DNA of 60,104 bases, the filler included, from Sluysia triapertura (Eukaryota), in the NCBI GenBank assembly GCA_046118255.1. It is 4 parts of 4 records of this genome, joined end to end, with 100 filler letters (N's around TTAATTAATTAA, not from the genome) between each part and the next. Parts side by side here need not be neighbours in the genome. Positions count along the whole stretch, not along the records: positions 48,591 to 60,104 come from JBJNIA010183912.1; 3 more parts are not named here. One strand, given 5' to 3'. A program made the position numbers and the translations under genes. Shown here one piece after another: positions 49,842 through 60,104 of this stretch. Below the pieces are notes generated by a model that saw only the letters and a list, made by a program, of their open reading frames with translations, did no database searches and was not told the DNA's origin. Numbering within the stretch: position 1 is the stretch's first letter; each line of letters starts with the position of its first letter.

Positions 49842-52800
49842 CTGTTAAACTGCAAGTAATGGCATCTGGAATAATATGTGGCGTTTCTACATCTGAAACT
49901 GATATCATAGAACAAGGAGTTGTGGTTTGTTCTACTATTGAACAAGAATATGGAGCATTTGAAAATACAGGAGCTACGTCAAATATATCTGTTATCTGAA
50001 ATTATTGAAAAGCTCAATTAAAACGTATTATTAGAGAACTCAATTTACTAATACTAAAGCTTAATATTTAAATAAGCAATTTTAAAATCAATAGCTTACA
50101 TTATAGTACAATATGAAAACAATATATAATATGATATAAAACAATTTTTTTAGAAATTTTGCATACACTATCAGCTATTTGACGGAATTTGAAGACGTAT
50201 ACATTTTTATCAAATTTTCACACGATTCTTTTTGGACTTATTTACTTCTATAAATTCTTATACAGAGCCTGTATTAACGTGGGTCTGGCGCTTTAAGTGT
50301 TAAGATATATAAGTACATTCTATATCAATACATCATATTTAGTAAAATAAATACTTTACAAGAAAATTTTACAAATTTAACAAGAAAAATCTTTCACATA
50401 ATCTCATTCAACATTAATCTGGTCCTTCATCGACAATTATTCAAAGGTACCACATAATACATCAACACTGTTTTTCTACAACAACTAGAAGTTACACTTT
50501 ACAAATTTACCAATATAAATCTTTAAAGTTTACGTTAATTGTGCACTTAAGGACTTGCACATTTTAAATAGTATATAAAATCGACTTAAACTTACTTTGT
50601 AATATTTTTAAACGACAGTTATTAGGTAATCCGATAAACCATTTTTAAAATCCCATACTAACACAATTAAAAAGTTCTTATTTTATTTCATTTATTATTA
50701 AAGTATTCTTGTTTACAGATATTAACACTTATTATTCATAAAAATTGAATTTCATCCAGTTACGAGTTCTATTTTAAATAAGGACATAAATTCAAGAGGG
50801 ATTATTAAACTTTAGAGCTATAAATTAGTGAAATTAGTCGTCAAAAACTTTTAGAACCATTTTAAAAAGGCGTCGTAAAAACTTATATTTTTTAAAGTCT
50901 TATTTTACACAAGGGCATATACTCATATTTAATTAACATTGTGAAAACAAGACACAAAGTCATTTAAGAAGTCACAACTCTATTCCAGTTAAACGAAATA
51001 TAAATTTAGTAGTTAAAGTCTTAAGGCAGTATTACGTAAGCATTTGTACCTTTCTCGTATAAATATATAAATTGACCTCCATAGTATTATATAATATTTA
51101 AACATATTGAAATATAATACAGTGGAATCCGCTTAATCGGACCAGCCGCTTATTTGGACCACTTTTAAAAGTCCCGAATCCAATCCAATATATTATTGGA
51201 TAAAAGTATTGTTTGTTTAATCGGACCAAAAAAATTGTGTCCAGATGTGGTCCGATTAAGCGGATTCCACTGTATTAAAATTCTGTGAACGAGTCATTAA
51301 ATTTTTAAGTATCGGATCACTTAAGTAAAGTCGCATCAAATGTAAAGATACGAATGTATAATATTATAAAGAATCAAAACTTGTTAGAAAAGTCGCAAAC
51401 TTCGTCGATTCTTCAACAACAGTAAAATGATCATCAAAGAACAATTCGTTAAAAAAAGATGATAAAAATGTATAAATTAGTGAAGACTAAGAAGTTTTAT
51501 GTATTCTTCGAGAGAAATACATAAGAAAACGGGTTTTCTTAAATGAAAAATAGACATTTCCGTGTTACTTCTGTATTAATCTATTTATTAAAACAACTAA
51601 ACCGTTATAGTATATGACAAAGTTGTTGATTTAACATCCGTAGCTAATGAAGCACTATCAGTGACGATAACTTGAAACTGTACAACAGGATTAGATGCTA
51701 TTGGTTCGTAATCGATTGCAGTTATAATTGAAGTTGCACATGCTAAATAAAATTACATATTATATTTTCTTTTGATTTTTATTTACTTATTAATAAACAT
51801 CACATTTATTATCTATTCTTTTGTTTAAAAAAGTTATTTCGACAATTTTCTGATCATTGTACTCCGACATGTATAAAATGCTCTTTCCCATAGGATATTG
51901 AATAAACTAAAAGTACTAACTTGACTATAAGAATAAATTGTAGACCTGGAACTGGGACTACTCCATTTTATGAAATTTTATGATATTTTTGGTTCTCTGT
52001 TTATAAAAAATACGTAACCCACTATAAAAACATTTACATATTATATTACATAAATGAGTTAAAGATTATTTAAAGATTCTAGAATATAATTTACTTCCGC
52101 TATTCATACTACTTGATATCCTTGAATCGCCACTATTAGAACATTTTAATTGTGCATTTACTCCAGAATCAGCATCAGTACAACTCACACTAAATACCGA
52201 ACCTAAATATTATTTTAAAAGCTATAAAAACTTATAATTTCATAAACCTGTATATGATTCTGATTTAGTTGCAACGAGTGTGGGGCTGGCACCACAATTT
52301 GGAGCGTTATCATTCACATCGGTAATCTGAAGGACAAAAAACAATATTAATAAATAATTCTATTTTGAATTATTATTTTAAAGATTGAATATCCAACTAA
52401 TGACTGTTTCAACTTATTTAGCTTAAAGTGGATCATGTGAGAGGTTCTATCTTTAAAAAATGTAACTTTAATTTTAAAAATGTAACTTACATTCATATTT
52501 AATTTAGCTAGCAAGTCGTGATTTTACTACCAAAATAATAATTTAAAAAATTCAACTCCCAAACAATCAAACTCACTTTTATTTAATCTTAAACTTGACA
52601 ATTTTATTTAATTTATTATTTAAAAGAAGTAAAAATTTAAAAACATCTAAAAACAATAAAGAAACAGAAAGCATTAACAAATAGAAATATAAATTTCGAA
52701 TTCAATATTTTAATTGTAATCTGTCTCCTTCTAACATTCTTCTATTCTTGTGACCACAAGATTAATTAATTCCAAACTCATTCAAAAAATTATATTATTC

Positions 52801-55800
52801 CTATTACTGCTTAAATAATAACTGGGATGCATAAATTTGCCTTCAATCTTATTTGTATTATTTAGAGCTTCTGTTACAAACTAACCGAAATTTCCGTTTC
52901 CCTTTAGCTTTTACTTAACTTTTTCTGAAAGTTCATTGGTTAGACATTCTATTCGTTAAAAACTCTGGATTCTCTTTTTTAAACTTACATTTTACGAATT
53001 CCAGATTAACACTGCTTTGCTATTTTGTTTTAATTCGTAAATAATGACTTTTTCCATCATATTTTTTTACAAATAATCGATCTCTCACGTGATGTTAATC
53101 TTTTATTTTTATTATTATAATTTATTCAAAGTATAAAATAAAAATGTAAAAGGATTAGGTTTAATTTTGAAATGATTAAATGTCTTTTTAAGCGTTATTT
53201 ATAAAGAGCAATGAAAATTATTATCTTCAGTGCAGTTTAGTGGCTTTAAGGGGGTGAATTATCTATTGCTTATTTATGAAACAAAATTTGATAATAGAAT
53301 GAAGTGTGTATCATGATTGTACTAAAGAATGAAATGTATTTGCAGTGAAAATATTGTTTAAATCATGATTTGATAAATATGCATAAAATACAAAATAATT
53401 ATCTTTATCTTTTTCTGTATTCAACACATTTTTTATTCTAATAAATAATAAAGAATTACCGTTATAGTAGTAGAAATTGTTGTGGATTTTCTGTCAGAAG
53501 TTGTAGTAGATAGATCATTAACAATCAAATCGAATTTTATTGGCAGTTTTGGTGATAAAGTATCATAATCTATTGCTGTATTCAAAGCTAATGTACATTT
53601 AGATGCTGAAAAATAATTTCAAGAATAATTGAAATAATTGAATATGAATAAATATAATGATAATTGTTGAAATATTTAATATTATGACGTTATAGAAACG
53701 TCTAAATGTATATTTTTTATTATATAATCTTGAAGGACAAAATTATATATTTTAAACAAAATTAGAATTATTAAATAATATCGCGATAAAGATGATTAAT
53801 TTTAAAATTAATTGTGTTTTATGAATAATTATTTTCTTGAATTTGTTTCTGTTAGTGAAACATTGAGGAACAATGACTAATTTTGATAAAATATTAAATT
53901 AATATACCTAACAAATGATGGTGAGCCAACACATCGCAAACATTATTAAAAATTTAATTCGTTTCTTTTAATAATAATAATTAAATTTTAATGAATATTT
54001 CTGAATGAAATACATTTAATAATTCGTAATACAATTTATTTAGTTTCATTCTATAATAGCTGTGGCCAATTTCAATCCATAGTTATGTATTATCGCGATA
54101 GCATATATATTTATTTTGCAGTTATTTTTTGTGCTTGGTGGTATTTTAGTATACAAAATTAATGTAACTAATTTTTTCTGACTAAAGCAAAGTAGTAAGT
54201 AAAAGAAATCATTAAGGTGTAACAGTATAATTAAAAGATAAAATAATAACCAATTATTAAATGACAACTTAATTTAAGCTACATAAAGACAATGTTTTAC
54301 TAATTCAGATTATTTACATACTTGTGGCATCGAACGATAAAACAAATCTAGTATCTGCAGTACTACACGTCATTTTACCATTATCCGCAGAATCTTTATC
54401 TGAGCACGTTACAATAGCCAATGTTCCTGTAAATGATTCTGCTTTCGTAAGATCGATACTCGACGTACCACATGCCGGAGCATTATCATTACCATCTGTT
54501 ATTGTTACTGACAGCGTCGCAGTTGCTGTGTTACCTCCTTTATCCGTAGCCTAAATAATAAATAATGAATAATAAATAATAAATAATTTATAAATATAAA
54601 TTATAAAATTTTAAATTAACTTATTTTAACAATTTAAAATTTAAGACAGTTTTTAAATGCGATATCTTAAAACTACTGTAAACAATGAGATTGAAAATTT
54701 AAATTTCTTAAATAAATTATATATTTATGTAAATCAAATTTTAACCACTTAACGCATAAATAAATGCAATGTTAATATTTATATACTGAAGGTATATTAG
54801 AGAATTGTTATTTTTAAATTATTTTTAAAATGTTATTATATTTTAATTTGGTTTTTACGAAATTTACAGTGTTGATTTTTACACATTACCTTAAAATCTT
54901 GTATATAATCCGCACTAATATATAAGACGCATTTCAAGTTTAATAAAAATATTATTTTACCATTCTGGAAAAAATAATAGAATATGCAGAGATCAAAGGA
55001 AATAGAGAAGCTAACGTGAGAAATAAATAGGTTCTGAGTGTTATGAATACCACAAAAGAGCAAGGAGGAAGAAAAATCCATATTGGCCTGAACTTGAGAT
55101 TGAATTAAAAAATTGGGTTTTAAATCAAGGGAAATAAAGTGTAAATGTTTTTGTTTTATCTTTTAAAATAGTCTAAAAATAAGTGAATTTAAGGGAAGTG
55201 ATCGTTGGGTTCATAATTTTATGAAAAGAAATAAATTATCACTAAGAACTATAACATAAGTAGGGAAAAAATGAAGCTTTTAATGCATTTGTGAATGAAA
55301 AGAATGAAGAATAAAGTTTTATTTCTTACACTTTTCAACTACTCGAGTATAAGTCACATCATAATTTTCTTTGATTTTTCTATTTTTTATTTGTATAAAA
55401 CGCGTTTTATGCACAAGATTTTAGGGTAAATAAAATTAAAAGTACATCATTTAAAATTATAATAAATATAAAACTATGTATCATATCCGTTAAATTTTAG
55501 TATTTGTTTTACAAAAGTATTCGTAAAATTAACAATAAACATAAAAAACTTGATTGTATTATTATTACGAACAGTCAGTCAATAAAATATAAAATTCAAA
55601 GTTTCTTAAGAAAATTAATTATAAAAAATGTTGACTGATATTACACTACCACAATTAAAAATTTTGAAGGAAATTAAAATGAAAATATAATAACTTGAAA
55701 GTATTTAGTTTATGTACTGACATTTCGTATTATGATCATCTTTTTCAATAGATCTTTTAAAAAGACAATATTTTACTACAAACATTTAAGGTTTGTAACA

Positions 55801-58800
55801 TTAAAAAATTATCTTTTGGAAGAAAATAAGCTTTCTTTAACCATAATAATAATAATAATTTTAATGCATTTTGAAAATGCTATATGATTGGATAAAATAG
55901 TCAAAATGAAAAACTTGTAAATCATATTCTACCAAATATTAATTTTATTTTGTAATTCTTATTTTATTTGATATTTGGGAAAAATAAATTATTAATTGAA
56001 TAACCTTGACAATTAAATCTGGGAAACTATTTGGTAACGCTGTATTATCTCGATCAATACCAGGAGTCTTTGGTTTAACTACACAACTTGGTGATGCAAT
56101 CTCAAAATATGCAGAATTTACACCTAAAATGTACAATATTGTAATAAATGTATAAATTTTAAAATAGTAAATCTGAATATTATAGTTTTATATTATTAAA
56201 GCATTAATAAAGAAATAGAAATAAAATATAAATAAAATAATAGAGTTTTACAATAGTAAATTTGACTCATTATTATTAAGGCATTATTAAATTAAAATAA
56301 TTAGTTTTTAAATTATTTATAAATTTATTTGAAGTAAAATTAAGAAATATTTGCATAACCTTTTAGGGATGCAAAAGTGTAAAATTTAAATTTCTAACCA
56401 GATAAAGTACAAGTCAAATCGTCAGGTGGTGTGTGAGTAGTTTCAACATCTGAAACTGTAATCGAACATGCTGTAACAGTTTCTTCTGGAATCGTACAAG
56501 TATATGGTGCTCCTGTAAATGTCGGTGCTATATCGAATACATCCGTAATCTGAAATTGATATAACATTCAACTATTTATACGCTTACCGTTACAGTGTAT
56601 GATAAAGTTGTTGATTTTTTATCAATAGTATTGGTAGGATTGTCGTAAACTGTGACTACAAAATTCAATACATTATTTGGCATTATTGATTCATAATCGA
56701 TTGCAGTTGGAATAGTAGTGACACACGCTAAAACAGAAACATAAACTTTAAATGTTATCAAGCATAATATAATACATAATATTAACTAATAATGTTACAT
56801 TGATTATTCGAAATCTTAGTATAAATTAATTTTATTCAAAAATCGCGAAACAATCACTACTGAAGCATAGAAAAGATTTTGAGTTTTCGAAAAATTACTA
56901 ATTAATTCTAAAGTTTTACCATATATCTACTAAATTTTGAAAAACTAATCACTGTAAAATTAAAAACGTATTAACTACTTATACAAATTAATTTGTGGTA
57001 TTACTACTTAAAGAGATTAACTTTTTTTAAAACTAATTATCGCTAAAACTAAAACAATACATCACTAACACTAAAATTATTTAAAATATTAGACTTAACA
57101 ATTAAGTTAAGTCTTCATTTAACTTTTAGATTTATTTTATTTTACCATATTTAAAGTAATTACATACATCGCTGATATTTAGTCTTATTAAAATTTAATA
57201 AATACTTTATTCTAAAATATTAATTAATAAATGAGTACGGTACACAAAGGAAACCGGGATCATACAAAACTGGAAAGAAAACACAAATAATTTTTCTTCA
57301 GAAGAAAATAAATAATGTATGATCAGCCTATACATTATAATGTATAATAACGATAATTTCGTACATCAATTCTATTATTATTATTTCGACAATATAGATA
57401 TTGTTCAGTTCACATCGTTCAAATAATCGAGACTCTGTTATAAACACTATTATTCAAAAAGGGGCAGGCAAGCCGGGCGCCGATATAAAAATAAAATATT
57501 TTTTACATTCATTATTTTTTTTAGCAAGCAATAAATTATTTTCTTTAATAATACCAAATAAAGATCATAAGACAAATTATTTTAATAAACTGTTTACAAA
57601 CTGATTTTCAAAAAAATTAATTTAATTAACTATGTTATTGAATTTTTGTCACACGTATGCAACAAGCATAGCATAACTTACTTTTCAAAGTTTTCGCTCC
57701 ATCATCGCTCAAACTTCAAATGTGCTCGCTATGTTACTCCATATGTTGTATCGCTTGTAAGTAAATAACTATTGTATTATTTTTTAAATAAATACATTTT
57801 TTACAGTGTAATTTTGATTTTTTGCCTTTTTACTATTTTTTTAATTAGCAGTAAATTTGTATATTCTTCTATGAAAGGACGCCAAATTTTGTTTTGTCTT
57901 GGGCGCTCAAAACTCTAGATCCAGCTCTGCTTACCCCCAACATTCAAATACACATACTTTTTCACAAATTAACATGTGATTTCAAAATAATTTCCATAAT
58001 TATTAATTGTATAAACTATCCAATCACAAAAATACATTAATTTCAATAAATTTGTTGATAGTAATTTTGCAATTAAGAAGAAAATGTACGTAAATAATTT
58101 AGAAACAAAAATAAATAATTCTTTGTATAAATAAATACCGCACGATGGTAGTGTTAAATTAAATGAGCTGGCATGATTTTCTGGCTTGAGCCCAGCGTCA
58201 ATTATCAGATAGTGCCGCACACAAATGCATCCCACAAACACTAATAACAATTGATATATTTAAATAATAAAATGCAGGTGGTTTCTCTCCTGAGATCAAG
58301 GTAGTGAAAAGATTAATAAACAGGTTTATTTATTTATGTTATGTTAGAAAAATTCTAACCAGAAGCTGAAAAGGTGCTTGTAAATTTTGCATTATTACTC
58401 GAACAGGTTAATTGAGCATTCACTCCAGAATCTGCATCAGTACAAGTAGCAGAGAATACAGTACCTGAAAATGTTTCTGATTTAGTTGCAATAAGTGTAG
58501 GACTGGCACCACAATTTGGAGCATTATCGTTTACATCGGTTATCTAAAATAATTGCATTAATTAATTAATGATTTAATTAAATATGGAAAAAATTAATTT
58601 AAAGTTGAAAAGTAGAATGAAATGGTAACTAAAGTAGTCAAAAATGCGCATAAGTGTTTGTTCATTTTAAAATTTATTATTCATTTCTACTATTGTTTGT
58701 TTTCCTGAGATAAAACTATTAATTTTAATTCTTATTCATTATTAATAATCTTATTCATTAAAATAATCTTTTTCGAAACTTTTTATCTTTTTCTTAATAT

Positions 58801-59330
58801 TTAAAAAATCATTCTGAGAAAATATCAATTGTATAATACATATCAACTTAGTTTACACTTTAAAAATTTTATTGTATAACTTCTAGCCTTCTTTTGTTAT
58901 ATTACAATCAATAATTAAGATAAATACAACTACTAACTGTCACTGTGTAAGAAAACGTAACACTTCTAATACCAGAAACTGCACTATCACTAACTGTCAC
59001 TTTAAAAGTAATTGGGTTACTCGATAAACCATCATAATCAATAGGCACTGGTATTGAAGTGGTGCAAACTTAATTATTATAACAATAATATAAATTTGCT
59101 TCAAAAATATAAGCTTTTGTGAATTAAATATTATTCTAAAACTAACCAGAAGTAGAAAAAGAACTTGTAAATCTAGCATCATTACTCGAACATGTTAATT
59201 GTGCATTTACTCCAGAATCAGCATCAGTACACGTAGTAGAAAATATGGTACCTGTTTCTAATTCTGTTTTGGTAACACTTAAAGTGGAACCACTCACACA
59301 ACTTGGGGTATTGTCATTCACATCAGTAAT
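49842..59330 (-). CDS. Multi-cadherin-repeat protein, 12 internal exons (partial gene, about 5.5 EC domains)
   Basis: Exons 59330-59147, 59068-58938, 58543-58360, 56727-56588, 56549-56399, 56123-56005, 54550-54322, 53605-53460, 52326-52248, 52202-52095, 51742-51603, 49995-49842. All are GT-AG and phase-compatible into one open frame with DVNDNAP, DADSGVNAQL, IDYE/IDYD/IDRD and ATDKGG cadherin motifs. Confidence 0.93.
51120..51272. mobile_element. 153-bp Tc1/mariner-pogo-type MITE in a cadherin intron
   Basis: Perfect 25-bp TIRs CAGTGGAATCCGCTTAATCGGACCA, TA target duplication on both sides, internal extra copies of the TIR core. Confidence 0.95.
54889..55426 (+). mobile_element. Internally deleted pogo/Tigger element in a cadherin intron
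   Basis: Imperfect TIRs (CCTTAAAATCTTGTATATAATCCGC / CCCTAAAATCTTGTGCATAAAACGC) flanked by TA; subterminal TATAAGACGCA; CENP-B HTH relic PYWPELEIELKNWV...FKGSDRWVHNFMKRNKLSLRT. Confidence 0.85.
57461..57929. mobile_element. Possible degenerate MITE-like relic
   Basis: GC-rich ends in an AT-rich intron (GGGGCAGGCAAGCCGGGCGCC; GGACGCCAAATTTT...GGGCGCTCAAAACTCTAGATCCAGCTCTG); paired TIRs not resolved. Confidence 0.3.
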
Positions 59331-60104
59331 CTGAAGCATGTAATCAAATTCATATGCAAAAACAAATCATATGATGATTATTTTAAATATTATATATAAA
59401 TCATCTTAAAAATCAATAATTTATTAATATTCTACTAATTGATGTATCATTGAGTATAACTATCTATACATCCGAAAAAAATAATCCAAACAATAAAATC
59501 AAAAAGAAATTTATTTTTACTAAAATAATGACTGATCATATATTAACTATTAATCACCGTATGGACTTTGTACTTTAAAAAATAAATCACATGTATAAAA
59601 ACAGAAACAGATAGTGGTGAAGTTAAAAAACTAGCGATAATATTTTCATTATTATAGTAACAATTTTATTTAATTTTCCACTGAACTGAAACAAATACCA
59701 TTTAAATAATTTATCTAAGCCATTTCCATTTTTAAATGTAACCTATTTGACAATATATAATATATATATTTAATTTTGAACAAGTTTAATTTTACTTTTA
59801 TGATGAAACTGAACTATATTCAAAATTTATAAATTTATACCATAATAATATCCATATATAGCATTAGAAAATCGTTTTAGAAATATTTGATGTAAGCAGT
59901 TTAAAATATATTTTATGTAAATTTATAGGATGATCAAAAAATAACTTCCGTCTTTTAAATTTGTTATATGGATTCAAAAATGAACATGGAAGGAAATATT
60001 AATTGTATTGTTAAAAAGTGTAAATATCTGTAAATAATAAAATTAGTATATTTTTCATAAATTATTTTCTAGTAATTTTTTATTAATCTGTAAAAAATGT
60101 AAAT

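Noticed and set aside
54324-54554. Plus-strand 76-aa ORF
   Set aside because: Antisense shadow of the cadherin exon 54322-54550.

Overview
Very AT-rich animal genomic DNA with spliceosomal GT-AG introns, many only 33-55 bp. This style fits a compact invertebrate genome such as the orthonectid Intoshia (inference only). Three identical 100-nt N-spacers containing TTAATTAATTAA (17129-17228, 36279-36378, 48491-48590) split the window into four contigs, so linkage across them is not guaranteed. Genes: 12 minus-strand exons of a cadherin whose repeats each carry 4 Cys (49842-59330); the last two exons of a Tectonic-2-like gene; an isolated EGF/cbEGF exon; a head-to-head pair (147-aa orphan and a WD40-like gene); a two-exon Arg/Ser/Lys-rich gene; and a small array of 36-nt microexon candidates. 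Disabled host-gene copies resemble SCYL2, BROX and lebercilin (LCA5). Mobile DNA: a frameshifted pogo transposon, an internally deleted pogo copy, a perfect-TIR MITE, CR1/L2-type and RLE-type (NeSL/Utopia-like) LINE relics, and several dispersed repeat families. The most unusual observations are a dispersed hairpin with compensatory base changes behind a splice-donor-like motif, a repeat with a tRNA-like cassette behind a conserved TGTTG head, the microexon array, and the three-domain higher-order cadherin repeat with a single-repeat intron difference. All homology calls come from motif recognition by eye, not database searches.
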